Part shown: piece by piece, positions 12,051-25,403 of the stretch | How positions within the stretch are numbered: position 1 is the stretch's first letter | How the letters are laid out: each line of letters begins with the position of its first letter | Source: Octopus sinensis | Lineage: Eukaryota | Direction of reading: 5' to 3' | NCBI RefSeq assembly: GCF_006345805.1 | Contig: NC_043013.1 | Coordinates: forward strand, 34,596,001-34,660,000 | Length of the DNA: 64,000 nucleotides | The notes under the pieces: generated by a model | What the model was told of the DNA's origin: nothing | What the model saw: only the letters and a program-made list of their open reading frames with translations | Databases searched by the model: none | Made by a program: the position numbers and the translations under genes

Positions 12051-12439
12051 CCTTGGAAATTATCTTTTTTAAATCACACTGAGAATTACACCCTACCACT
12101 ATCTTTAAAAAGACCAACACACCAGGTAATGGAGTTCTAAGTGGACTATACCAGAATGAACGACAGAGTAGTCATGGCTGGAATGCCTTTACTCGAAACT
12201 TTATTCAATCAGGTCTGACGCAGTGTGAAATAACAACAAAAGCAATGTCTGCATGACTCTGCAGAACAATTACTCACCAAACCTCACAACATTAAGAGTC
12301 ACTGCCTTTTCTGGCAGTCTTTGATTTATATATATCACCTTCGCAAATCTAAAGTAATGTGGAAATCATACCTTGTATTATAAAGTCCTTAAATTAAGAT
12401 TTCTATCATTTTCTATTATCTCTCAAACACCACCACCAC

Positions 12440-12640
12440 CATCATCATCATCATCATTTAATTTCCAGTGTCCATACTGCCATGGGTTGGACGGTTTGAC
12501 CAAGGCTGGTAAGCTGGAGAGCTACACAAGGTTCCAGTCAGATTTGACATAGTTTCTACAGCTGGATGCCCTTCCTAACACCAACCACTCTGCAAGTATA
12601 ATGGGTGCTTTTACATGCCACCAGCACAGGTGCCATTTGC
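12440..12640 (-). mobile_element. S2 SINE-like copy
   Basis: (CAT)n tail followed by the reverse complement of the S2 body. Confidence 0.75.
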
Positions 12641-13090
12641 ATGACACCAGTATCTTCCATGACTACAATTCCACTTGGTCTGATGGGTCTTCTTCTGAAG
12701 CACAGCATATTGCCAAAGGTCTCAGTCATTTGTTATTGCCTTCAATGATTTCAAATATAGCAGTTGGTGACAAACTGGTACCATTTAACATGTTTTTTTA
12801 TAAATTAATTTTCATCTCTCTCTTTCTCTCTCTCTCTCACACACACAATCACATGCACACACCATTTTACAAAGTCCCATGGAAAATAAAGCATCAATTC
12901 CATAAGTGTGATGTGCCAAAAATTTCTCCTTCAATAAGTTGCTATGCCCCTAGTGTTCTAGCATAAACAACGAAATCTCCACAGCTCAAAAACCCTTCTC
13001 TTCACAACATATGTAATCTCCTTGATTCTATAATTCATTCAGATTCCAACAATGGTACTAAAAAGATGTAATGTACCATAAATGCAAACA

Positions 13091-13273
13091 GTAGGAGTAG
13101 GATTGGCTGTGTGGTAAGTAGCTTGCTTACCAGCCACATGGTTCCGGGTTCATGTACCACTGCGTAGCACCTTGTTCAAGTGTCTTCTACTATAGCTTTG
13201 GGCTGACCAAAGCCCTGTGAGTGGATTTGGTAGACAGAAACTGAAAGAAGCCCATCGTATATATGTATGTATG

Positions 13274-13323
<50 letters not shown>

Positions 13324-13558
13324 TGTGTATGTGTGTGTGTATATATTTGTGTAGCTGTGTTTGTCCCCCCAAACATCACTTGACAACCAATGCTGGTGTG
13401 TTTACGTCCTCGTAACTTAGCGGTTTGGCAAAAGAGACTGACAGAATAAGTACTAGGCTTACAAAGAATAAGTCCTGGGGTCGATTTGCTCGACTAAAGG
13501 CAGTGCTCCAGCATGGCCACAGTCAAATGACTGAAACAAGTAAAAGAGTAAAAGAGTA
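13091..13558 (+). mobile_element. Full-length S1 SINE
   Basis: GGCTGTGTGGTAAG (A-box-like) and GGTTCATGTACC (B-box-like) head, internal (TA)n(TG)n, conserved 3' body and AAAAGAGT tail repeat. Confidence 0.85.
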
Positions 13559-14749
13559 CCCAAAATAAAATGACTTAGCTTGCTGTGAGAAAGAGGAGAA
13601 ATCTGGAGTACCATGCAGGAGCCCTTCATTAGATCAAGGGCCTTTGTTGAAAAACAACAGACATTTGTTCACTTCTTATTCTCAAAACAAACTATCTTAT
13701 CTAATTTTGTTATTTATTTATGTTCAGTTATTTTCCAAATAAATTTTCTAAACTAATGCAGACCGTCAGTTATGTCTTTGAAATTCTATTGTTTCACTGC
13801 CATAAATGTATTTGTTACATTCCCGGTACCACTGTATCATTTCTTCACCATTATCTTATCATAAATACTAAATTGTGTAAACGATATTGAACTGCAATAC
13901 TAAAATTGATTTTAAAACAGAACTTGCAAAAGGAATACACAGAAGAAAAAAGATGAAAAGAACAAAGAAAATATAGAACAGACAAAAAAAAATATGTAAA
14001 ATATAGAAAAGTGGAAATATATATAAAACAAAAGATAGAATAAAATAATGCAAAATTAAATATAAAAAACATGAAATTTTAAATGTAATAAAACTAAAAT
14101 AACAGGAAGAAGATTGAAAATATGGGAAGAAAACAGTATGGAGGGGAATGGATGGGGAATTTGTGGTAAGATATTTTGTGGGTGGAGGTGCATGACGTGG
14201 TGGTCAGGGTGTTGAAATCAGGAGCATAAGATTGTGGTTTTGATTCTAGGACTGGGCAATGCGTTGTGCATTTGAGCAAAACACTTCATTTTATATTGTT
14301 CCAGACCACTCAGGTGGAGAAATGAGTAATTCTACAAAGGAGTAGAGTTCCAGCCAGGGAGGAATATATGTTCTAGAGAAACTAGGAAACTGGTCCTATG
14401 CTCCTTACAGAGTAATGTAGACTAGCCAAAACACGAAGGGGTAGAAATATGGTAGGCTTAACGGTGGTAGTGATGTGGAGGTAAAAAGAACTGAATGGTA
14501 AGGTACCGAAAAACAACCCTTCGAAGAAGACAATAATTGGGACTGTGTAATGATGGTAATGGAGATGGCAGTTGTGGTGGTCATTACTGTGTTGGTAATG
14601 TGGTAACTTAGTAACATACAAGCATGCAACCATTGCCTTTCCAACATTCCCACCACCACCATCACCAACAACAACAACAACACTACCATCTCCACCACAC
14701 CTACTACACCACCACCATATGATTCTGCCAGCTACTTTAACTAACATTG

Positions 14750-14958
14750 GTTTCAAATTTTGGCACAAGGCCAGCAAGTTCAGAGGAGGGAACAAGTCAA
14801 TAACATCGACTGCTCGACTGGTGTTTATTTCAGCGATCTCAAAAGGGATGAAAGGCAAAGTCGATTTAGGTGGGATTTGAACACAGAACGTAATGACAGA
14901 CGAGATGTTGCTAAACATTTTGCCCAGCATGCTAACGATTCTCCCAGCTTGCTGCCTT
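14750..14958 (-). mobile_element. S3 SINE
   Basis: Reverse complement of the S3 consensus. Confidence 0.7.
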
Positions 14959-15070
14959 TGCTTGAATTAAAAATAATATCAGTTCCTTCTGTCTTGTTGC
15001 CTATAGGCCATGATCAACAAGCTGCAAAATATGTTTGCCAAGAAGGAAGGCTCTATGGAATTGATCAGCT

Positions 15071-15071
<1 letters not shown>

Positions 15072-15101
<30 letters not shown>

Positions 15102-15125
15102 AAGAAGAAGAAGAAGAAAGAAGAA

Positions 15126-15187
<62 letters not shown>

Positions 15188-15240
15188 AGAAGAAGAAGAA
15201 GAAGAAGAAGAAGAAGAAGAAGAAGAAGAAGAAGAAGAAG
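15072..15240. repeat. (GAA)n trinucleotide tract, about 56 units with few interruptions
   Basis: Read directly from the sequence. It explains the poly-K and poly-E ORFs. Confidence 0.95.
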
Positions 15241-15668
15241 ATTAATGTGAGCTGAGAGATTTTTGTTTAATTAAAAATTTTCCGGGGTTTATTGCATCAA
15301 ATATTGTTGGACTACTTAACTATCAAGCTTTCATGCAGTAGGCGTCTCCGAGTATGATATACTGACATCGCCACAGATTTAGCACCTACTTTCCATGCTT
15401 GCATGGATCAGGCAGTATCTATTGGAACAGATTTTTTACAGGCTGGATGCTCTTCTTGTTTCGAACCTTGCCTGTTTATAAGCAAACTGATACTTCTCCA
15501 TGGTCAAGCATGTTCTTGCAGAATATCAAAGATGAATGATGCTGCTTGTATCACAGTTACAATGAATATACAGCTACCATGCAATATCAAGACAAGAAGA
15601 CACACAAACTCACACACACACACACTCACACTCACACACACACACACCACACACATACATACATACAT

Positions 15669-16057
15669 GTGGAAATTAGCTGCCCAGCATATATTCACAT
15701 AAAGCTGAAGATCAGTGAAAAAGAGAACACCTATGCTGAACTATTGAGAAATCTGCAGTTACCCTATCCAGATTACAAGTTCAGGTTTATACCTGTAATT
15801 ATTGGGGCCCTGGCACATGTAACACACTGCCTAAATACCAATACCTAATAGGTTTCTGAAAACCAGAAAGGAGAAAGTTAAATTGAAGACTACAGATCCA
15901 ATCCATCGCTGGAACTGTAAAAGTCTGTAAAACTTCCCAGAAGTTTACCATTTAAATATATATGAGCATGTCTAGATATGCATCTATATGAATAAGAATA
16001 CATATATAAAACATACAAATCTGCACATACATACATACATACATACATACACATACA

Positions 16058-16088
<31 letters not shown>

Positions 16089-16213
16089 GTACATACATAC
16101 AAACAAAAATACCCTGTTGTTGATGTTGAAATTCCAATGAAGGAGCCTTAGATCTTGGTTAGAAACTGGTTTCTTCTCTATTGGCAAGAAATCTTGAAAT
16201 AGACTTAATAATG

Positions 16214-16244
<31 letters not shown>

Positions 16245-16270
16245 CATACATACATGCATACGTACATACA
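15669..16270 (+). mobile_element. 5'-truncated RLE (R4/Dong-like) retroelement: endonuclease C-terminus, 3' UTR and (CATA)n tail
   Basis: VEISCPAYIHIKLKISEKENTYAELLRNLQLPYPDYKFRFIPVIIGALAHVTHCLNTN matches the RLE E-x-S-C-P...EK..Y..L and PVIIGALG motifs. (CATA)n lies on both sides. Confidence 0.8.
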
Positions 16271-16274
16271 TACA

Positions 16275-16475
16275 TTATTTTCTATAAGTTCATCTGTTGT
16301 TGAGGATAACCAAGGGTATCGCATGGGAGATGTCAAGTCAAGGTGTATCCAGCTGTGGCCAATCGGTCCAATGTGGGCTCAAAAGGCTCACCTACAGGTT
16401 GGGCACTTGTGGCCTGCTGAGACTGAATGCAAGGTGTTGGCTCTGGACCTCCGCAGTTTGTATTTGCATTTCATT
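16275..16475 (-). mobile_element. RTE LINE 3' end with a single C-terminal C2H2 finger
   Basis: KLRRSRANTLHSVSAGHKCPTCR*AF*AHIGPIGHSWIH (the stops are TGA, consistent with CGA decay), followed by a short 3' UTR. Confidence 0.65.
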
Positions 16476-17094
16476 TGTGCACCTACATGCATATACAGCG
16501 GGCTCTGTTTAGCTTCCATCAAGCAGATCTACTCTCAAGGCTTTGATCAGCATGGGGCTATACTAAAGACATTGCTCTAGGTGTCACAAAGCAGGACTGA
16601 ACCCATTACCAGGTGACTGGGAAACAAAACCTCTTACCACACAGCCACACCAGTGCCTGTTTCACCCAGTCATTCTGGAAGTAAAAATTCTAAGGCTTGA
16701 ACTCATAACTATTTAGTCTGGTCTAGTCCGGTCTAGTCTGGTCAGCAGTCAATGGCACAATAGTTGAAATATCTCATTCATTGTGCCACTCAATTAAAAG
16801 TATAACACAACAAACCACTACAATAACAATAACAACAACGGAAGCAAACTCAACATTAACAATAATGATAATAACAATGAACATCAGTAATTAAGCAATG
16901 TAGACAGATTGATTATTAGACTGAGAAATTAATCACAGAACTGATTCTTCTATCTCCAAGATAGACATTTATTTGCTTGTCATATAAAAAAAAACAAAAA
17001 TACAAAGAAACAAAAAAGTAAAGCACACACACACACACACATATGCACATAATATACATACATGCATATATATATATATCCACACATACATACG

Positions 17095-17134
<40 letters not shown>

Positions 17135-17574
17135 TATATGCACATATATATATGTATATATATATGTACACATATATATGTATATATAAATATATATTCA
17201 TACATATGTATATATATATATATAATCACTGTAGTGCAGGCATTAACGTGGAGAGACACACATACATACACACACACACACAAGCCCACCATATAATGAA
17301 AACAAAAATTCTTTAAGTCTCTGATGGTAATCTCCAGACTGATAGTTAATTTAATCAAGAGCAACAATAACAACAATAACTATATAACAACAACAACAAC
17401 AACAACAATAACAGCAAGAACAGAATTGTTAAAAAGGAAAAGAAAACAAAAAAACAATGAAAAGGAAGAATTTAGAAAAATAAGAAAGAGATAAAAAGAT
17501 AAAGGAAGAGAGAGAGAGAGAGGGAGAGAGAGGATTAGGAAGAGGAGAATAAAACAAGAAAATAACATCATATA

Positions 17575-17612
<38 letters not shown>

Positions 17613-17848
17613 CATCATGTACATATAAATATATACAGACACGTGTGTGTGTGTGTGTGTGTGTATGCACACACCACATACATGTATATAAGCGCACAAA
17701 GCAAACTGTGTATAAAAGTGAAAAAGCAAAGCAAAAAAATAAAACAAATGTTTAAATGAACTTTGCAGACTGAAATAATTATCGAGAAAATAGAAAACAC
17801 ATGCACATATACACATATATACGTAACACATATGTATATATATATATA

Positions 17849-17984
<136 letters not shown>

Positions 17985-17987
17985 TAT

Positions 17988-18045
<58 letters not shown>

Positions 18046-18287
18046 AGGTGTGTACGTGTGTGTGTGTCTATCATTCAGTAATTGAGATTTCCTGTGCAGC
18101 TGCATAACACATCATTGCAAGGTTCATTTGCAGCAGAGGAACTTGAGTGCAGGGTTTCTTATATATCAAAGCGCCACACACAAGCACACACATACACACA
18201 CTCGAAAACATACGTGATGCGAATATACAAAATACATATGATCACACACACATACACGCACACACACATACACACACACACAAACAC

Positions 18288-18324
<37 letters not shown>

Positions 18325-19199
18325 ATATATGTATATGTATTCACTCTTCTACATGTGTATATTCTCAAATTAACTAACTCGATACTAGTTTCAAAATAAA
18401 AGAAATAGAAAAAGGAAAGGAAAATCAAGAGACAAACAAGCAACATGTATTGAGGCACTTTAAATGTTTCTGAAAGTAATCAGAAAAATCAGATACATCA
18501 GCTTCAATTATACAGGAGAGATCTTGTCTTAATGTCTTATTTCTTGCTTTCATTCTTTCTTTCTATGTTAGCATTGGCTGTTTAGAAGCTTGTTTACTGC
18601 ATAACATACTAACAACAGTCTGCATCTACTCAAATACAACAAGGTTCTGAATAGAAAGTTTTTTTTTCCTCAATTGAAAAATAGTCAAAAATTACATTAA
18701 GTCATGTAATATCATATTAATATTATTTCTTTCACTTTCTATATTTTTGAGGGAAAATTTATTAACAAAATTTTTTTAAAAAATTATATAAGTTATAGTT
18801 GTGTGGTTAAAAAGCTTGATTCACAACCATATGATTTTGGGTTCAGTCCCACCATATGGCACCTTGGACACATATCTTCTACAATAGACCCTGACTGACC
18901 AATGCCTTATGAAAGAATTTGGTTGATGAAAATACTTGCAGAAGCCCATTATATGTACATCCTTTACCATTTTTAAAAAATCTTTTACTTGTTTCAATCA
19001 TTAGACTGCAGCCATACTGGGACTCCACCATGTGCCCCAGCATGGCCCCAACATGAATTTGGGTGTTGTTCTAGCACAGGAGCCATGCTAATCTTCTCTG
19101 TATTGTTCATATTTTAGAATATGTAAAACTGTAGCTCATACATGCACTGCCATATATATTTGTGTTTGTGTATAAATATGTATGTATGTATGTATGAGA

Positions 19200-19635
19200 A
19201 AGTAAGGAGGGATGTCAGGAAGGGCATCACTGTTATACTTCCAGAAGGGAAGGGTCTTCTTTGATGCTGACATGCAATGTCTGTGCAAGACCCTGCCTCA
19301 GTAAAGCTGGACTCAAGAGTCATCTTCGTAGTCATAAAAAGAGACAGATGAGTGACAACCTGGCCACTGGTGGTGGTGTAACACACCATACTAATCATAT
19401 CTGTCGGGCATGTGGAAGAGAGTGTAATTCGGCAGGAGGACTTAAATGACATGCAAAGGTACATGAAGCCCAGTTACAACTACAGCCGGCTATTACCAGC
19501 AAAGGTTTTAGTTGCCAATTTTGTACAAGACATTGTAGATCTTTAGCGGGGCTAAAAAGACACATTCGATCACAGCACCAGTAAACCTTCATGCAATGGC
19601 CATACTCGATAACAAGGGGGCAGCCATAATAATAA
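19200..19635 (+). mobile_element. RTE-like LINE 3' end with three tandem C2H2 zinc fingers (decayed)
   Basis: One frame, 19261-19584: LTCNVCARPCLSKAGLKSHLRSH...ICRACGRECNSAGGLK*HAKVH...FSCQFCTRHCRSLAGLKRHIRSQH*. It is followed by a 40-bp UTR and an (ATA)n tail and sits in a (TATG)n tract. Confidence 0.65.
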
Positions 19636-19776
19636 TGTATGTAGGTATGTATGTATGTGTGTATGCATTTTTGTGTTTGTCCCTCATGTTGCTTGACAAC
19701 TGGGGCTGGTTTGTTCACATCCCTGTAACCTAGTGGTTCAGTAAAAGAGACCAATAGAAGTTCAAGACACAAAAAT

Positions 19777-20350
19777 AAACAGGATCACTCAGTGAGCGCA
19801 AACTTCTGCCAAAGCAACACCAACGTCCTCTCAATGATTTGTTGGAGATGACTTTTTAAAATGGGAATATCTGAAATAAACTTGACTGTTCTTACAAAAG
19901 AGAATACTAAAAACGAACCCCACCACTCTCAAAAATTACATAAAAAAAAAAAAAACTGGAAAACTAATCCAGAATCCTTTTCCGGTACTGTGAAGGTGGT
20001 AGTAGAAAATTTAGTAACCATAATAAATAGTTTATCCTTATCTAATACAAGCCAAAGTCAACAAATTCACCATTCAAAATAGTTACAGCCTAAAGGGAGA
20101 TAATTGAGAAAGACTTGAAAGTTAACATTAGATTGTAATCAAGTAAAGTAAATATAACAAAAAAATAATCCAGAATCCTTGTCTGGTACCGGATCGATCT
20201 CAAAATCTAATCAGTTTGCACCAATCACAAGGTCAGACATCCCTGAAAGTTTCATCCAAATTCATCCAGCAGTTCTTGAGATATCTTGTCCACAAACAAA
20301 CAAACATGACTGAGAACAGCACCTCTGCCTTCGCTAAGGCAGAGGCAATA
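19777..20350 (+). mobile_element. Putative Helentron-associated (HINE/DINE-1-like) non-autonomous element
   Basis: 5' subterminal CTTCTGCCAAAG and 3' hairpin CCTCTGCCTTCGCTAAGGCAGAGG, with an internal duplicated AATCCAGAATCCTT..C.GGTAC block. Confidence 0.45.
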
Positions 20351-20654
20351 AATACTGGGATTGATTTGTTCCACTAAACACTTCAAGGCAGTGCTCCAGT
20401 ATGACCACAGACTAATGACTTGGACAAATAAGAGAAAAGATCAAAACATACTCTATAGTTAGGCATATGCAATTCCAACTATTTCTATCCTGCATCAAGT
20501 GTTTTGTAATGTTCTGCATATTTTTCTCATCTTATCTCAGTGTGTGTGTCTTCTTTCTAGCAATTCCCTTGATCTGGTTTTATCTCAGATATGTTCCTTT
20601 ATCAATTCATGTTACTTGACCATCCTGACTGTATCACTGTCCATCTAGACCAAA

Positions 20655-21088
20655 TATTCTTTTCTACTCTAGGTACAAGGCCTGAAATTTTGGGGGAGGA
20701 AGCCAGTTGATTAAATCAACTCCAGTATGCAACTGGTACTTAATTTATCGACCACGAAAGGATGAAAGGTAAAATTGACCTGGGCAGAATTTGAACTCAG
20801 AATGTAACAACAGGTAAAATACCGCTAAGCATTTCACCCAGCATCCTAACATTTCTTATTTCTTTATTGCCCGCAAGGGGCTAAACATAGAGGGGACAAA
20901 CAAGGACAGACAAAGGGATTAAGTCGATTACATCAACTCCAGTGCTTAACTGGTACTTAATTTATCGACCTCGAAATGATGAAAGGCAAAGTCGACCTTG
21001 GCTGAATTTGAACTCAGAAGTTAACGGCAGATGAAATATCACTAAACATTTCACCCAGCGTGCTAACGTTTCTGCCAGCTCGCCACTT
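20655..21088 (-). mobile_element. Two adjacent S3 SINEs
   Basis: Two reverse-complement copies at about 20655-20850 and 20855-21088. Confidence 0.75.
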
Positions 21089-21089
21089 G

Positions 21090-21262
21090 AAGTTGTGGTG
21101 AAAGAGTCAGCAGAAGTTCACCATTATCTTCTGCCAGAACCGCATAGAGCTTAGGTGTTTCGCTCATAAACACACACACATCGCCCGGTCTGAGATTCAA
21201 ACACATGATCCCTCGACTGCAAGTTCACTGCTCTAACCATTAGGCCATGTTCCTCTACATTC
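21090..21262 (-). mobile_element. S4 SINE
   Basis: Homologous to 1-100. Confidence 0.65.
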
Positions 21263-21995
21263 TACACCAAATATTCATAATGCAGCAGAACTGCATGACC
21301 AAAGTGATGTGGTGGTCCCACTTTGGATGCCCAACCTACTAAATACCGAGATACAACTGCCAAATCTTTCTCAGAATATACCACAACTAGATTCTGTATC
21401 AGTCAATTACCAGATCAATGTAATTGACCAACTCAGTCCAAATTTGCTCTGAGTCTAAATTATTAACAGTTGTACTAGTACTAGGATTACTAACAGAGGG
21501 CGTATGGCTTAGTGGTTAAGGTGTTGCACTCACAATCCAGCGATCGTGATTTCAGTTCCTAGTCTGGGTGGTGCATTGTGTTCTTGAGCAAAACACTTCA
21601 TTTCACATTGCTCTGCAATTGCTCCAACATCTGACACATAGTTCAGATAATATCAATTAATGGAGGGAGTGAGCTTATGTGTGGCATGAGCATTTGATCA
21701 TTATAAACAAATGATTTGTGCAGATTTTCATCAAAAAACTGAACACTCACACATCGTCCTCAACGGGGAGAGCTTATAACAAGCAGTAAGGTAGTAAGCT
21801 GGCAGATTCCATACCAAACCTGATGAAATGCTTACCACTTTCAATGCTCAACCTCTAGATACAGCAGCCCAGTCTCCCTCAGAAAATGCTATAACTTGCT
21901 TTTGTATCAGTCAAATACCAGGTTTGATGTAATTTACTAGTTCCATCAAAATTTGCTCTGAGCCTGAATTATCATTAATAGTAGTAGTACTAGTA

Positions 21996-22800
21996 TAATA
22001 ATGGAAGTCTGTCAGGGTTCAACAATGATATCAGTGACACCAGAAGGGGATGTAACCCAAAGGTAGACACACAGACGTGGCTACATGTTGGGCACATAAC
22101 AGCAGAAGTATGGCTGGGGATCCTCTCTTTTCAGGCTTGTTGCTTCTGGTCTAGGCTCTTGAGGCACTTTTCCTTGAACAGCCTAACACCCTTTTGAACA
22201 GCTGGATGCCAGGCACCATGGTCAGAGGCAAGCGATTCCCAGCCATGGACTGAAATACCACAGGCCTCAAGAGAAGTCTACAGGCTGTCCTAGCATCGCC
22301 TCAGTGGCCTTCCAGGGTTTCTTGCTCCAGAAGCCAGCTCAGAGAAGATCATCTTTGGCAGATGCATGTCGTCCATTCGGACTACATGTCCGACCCATCG
22401 GAGCTGGGCCTTCATGATGAGGGTTTTGATCCTGGGCATTTCGGCTCTGCAAAGCACCTCAGTGTTGGAGACTCTGTCCTCCCAGGAAGTTCCCATGATT
22501 CGTTGCAAGCAGAGGAGGTGGAACTGGTCAAGTACTCGCATTTGCCTCCTATACAGTATCCACGTCCCACAGCTGTAGAGCAGAGAGGTGATGATGACTC
22601 CCCTATAGACTGCCAGTTTGGTGGTAAGTCTGATGCTTCGTTCAGCCCACACACGTGTCCAAAGTCTGCCAAACGAAGCTCCTGCTTTTGCAAGTCTCAT
22701 GGAGACATCTTTGTCCATGCTGCAGTTTGAGGACAGACAGCTTCCCAGGTATGTAAAACTCTCCACGTTGTTCAGAGTTGTGCCCTCAATCTCAATCTAC
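21996..22800 (-). mobile_element. 5'-truncated RTE (BovB-like) LINE with a 14-bp target-site duplication
   Basis: VESFTYLGSCLSS...LYSCGTWILYRRQMRVLDQFHLLCLQRIM..SWEDRVSNTEVL..QLRWVGHVVRMDD..LPKMIFSEL..G.R..GRP is the RTE thumb and C-terminus, followed by a CPTCSHVC..TFGL finger remnant. TAGTAGTACTAGTA occurs at both 21982-21995 and 22801-22814. Confidence 0.9.
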
Positions 22801-23084
22801 TAGTAGTACTAGTAGTACGGTAGCAAGCTGGTAACATTATTACCAAAGCTGACAAACTGCTTAGCAGTATTTCTTTGAGCTGTTTACATTCTATGTTCAA
22901 AGGCCATCCAGGTCAACTTTGCCTTTTGCCCCTTCAGGGTCAATGAAATAAGGCAGCAGTCAAGTTGTGGTGCCAATGTAATCAACTTACCCTTCCCCTC
23001 AAAATTGCTGGCCTTTTGGCAAACTGAGAAAGAAAATTATTTTCATCATCAAGGTGGTGAGCTGCAATTCTCCTGCAACTCTCC

Positions 23085-23755
23085 CAGATGGTCTCCTTGT
23101 TTAAGTTGGTGAATACTGCCATAATCCTTGCCTTCAGTTCATTTTTGGTTTTACCAGGAGTTTTGTTAGTCTCTTGCCCAACTGTGCCTCACACATAATA
23201 ATCAAGGAGGTTGCAGTCTGGGGAGTTAGATGACCAGATGTTAGAGATGATGTGGCCTCAGAAATTGTCTGACAGCCATCACTGGGTTCTTCTGCTTGTG
23301 TGGCATGGTGCAGAGTCCTGTTGCCAGACATAGGGTCTTCGAGCAGCCACCCTCTTGACTCAGGGCAACACTACATCCTCCAGGCACTTGATGTAGGCTT
23401 CTGTGCTGAGTCTGAGGCCATGTGGGAAGATGAATGGGGACATAACATTGCCATCACCAGTGATCATGCCAAATATCATGATGCTGACTAGATGTTTGAT
23501 TTTTATCATTTTTGGTACATGCCCTCAGATAGCACTGTCCTCAGATTGACACACAAGCACTCTAAAATGCTTGCATTTGAGCTTCCTGGGCAAATACCAA
23601 GCAGTACAGCATGTCGTTTCCAAATTTCTGCCAGAGTGAATTGCATCATGTTGCTGCTTTTCTCACAAATGGTGCCCAACTGACCCTACGATACTGTGTA
23701 GTCAACAAAATGAAAACCAGACAATGCATGTGCGCAAAATTAAAAATATAAACTA
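23085..23755 (-). mobile_element. DD37D/maT deletion derivative, second copy
   Basis: Reverse complement homology to 2060-2655, including the same internal junction, and it extends further 3'. Confidence 0.8.
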
Positions 23756-25403
23756 TAAATTCTAGTGTTTAATCAGCATTGGTCAATGAAGGCGCTACAC
23801 AATAGCACAACAGCAAATTGTTTGGGATCTGACCTGAGAAATAGCATGGACTTGGTGTTACTGAAATGAACTGACTATTCATAAAGGATTATGTGAGGTA
23901 GTTTGTAGTACAAAGAGGCTCAATGTAGTGAAATGCAATTGGCTGTAGCGTAATGCTTGGTATATTTCATCAAATACTTTCATATCCAATGAATATTAAT
24001 GAAGCCAAGGAGTGTAGAAATATATGTAGTACTGTTTTAAGACATGGGCACACTTAGCAGTTGTCCAAGGGCCTCATGTGTCTAGAGGTTCAATTATAAT
24101 CTATGTACACTGTGGTTTGTTGGTAAAGAATAAATACTATAGGGCCCAATGCACTAATTTTCCCTGAACCCAATAATGCTGTTGAGATGGCTCTGTATAC
24201 ATGAGTTCTTGATCTTCTAGAAATAACAACCAAATTCCTCTTAAATTAAACCTTAACTTAGAAAAATCAAAAACACAAAAAAAGAATCACATGAGCGAAT
24301 GTAATCTCGTGTGTGCTGTAGCTTGACAGAAAAGGGATGGTCCAGGCTGGAATACATTTGATCATAGCATAGCTCATTCAGGTTTGTCTCAGAGTTAAAC
24401 AACAACAAAAGCAAAGCTGAATTACAGCCTATTCTTCATAGAAAAGAGAGGGAAACATTAGATAATGAAGTCCTAGGTAGACAAACAAATCTCAACACGT
24501 GAAAGATGGAATTATCATGATGAAATCTCCTTTGATCATAAATCTGCTATGTTTAAGGCTGTAGTGGTGTTAACACAAACAACAACATGATCGCTGAAAC
24601 TTTATATCCATATTAAAATATATCTTTTATAGATAATATTTTTTGAATTGTTTTGTTTGATGAGATTTAAATCATTTCTGTCTGGCGCTGACTACCATTA
24701 ATACAAAATGGCAACTCAGTGACTGTTACTGTTGCGACAACTACTTCCACTAATCCATAAATTTATGTCAAGTGATGCAAAGAGCTCATCTACTCCACTT
24801 CATTATCGAACTTATTGATAATATACATATAAACAAGACATCAAATAATAACTCATTACTTGCAAGGAAAGAAGAAAGAAAAAAAAAGAAAAAGAGAAAA
24901 TTTATGAAGGAAGATGAATATTATTAAATTTTAAGACTAGTGAAGAAGATTAGATTTATCTAAATTAGGCAAAGAAAAAGTAGATAGGACACTTGCCTCG
25001 AGTGGTTCCCTCTTCAATAAAGAGGATTTAAGCATCTACATGAAAGCTCTCAGCTTGATTACAAATACTGCCATTGTAGACTATTTTTACTTTCACCATA
25101 ATACCTATTTCCAATTTCAATTAATTTCAAACTTTGTTGTCTCAACCAATTTAACAAACAAAAAGAAAAGAAGTAAAACAAAGCAAAAATAAAAAAAGTC
25201 ATTTTGATTTTATGTTGTCCCATTTGCCTTCATTTGTTTGATTTAAGCATGGTTTAACAATGTTTGTGTTAACTCTACATGTTTCGAGTTTCATTTAGTT
25301 ACTGCCGCTTCTAAAAATTGTGCTGGCAATTACTTCCCTATTTATTTTAGTCCTACTATTCCGTGTATGATATAATCCATTTTGAGTATGTAAATATACT
25401 TAC

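Noticed and set aside
14760-15255. Poly-K and poly-E ORFs
   Set aside because: An S3 SINE read into a (GAA)n tract, with no domain content.
19261-19584. Host C2H2 zinc-finger gene
   Set aside because: In-frame stop, no TGEKP linkers, LINE-type short UTR with (ATA)n tail, and insertion in a microsatellite. Reported as a retroelement instead.
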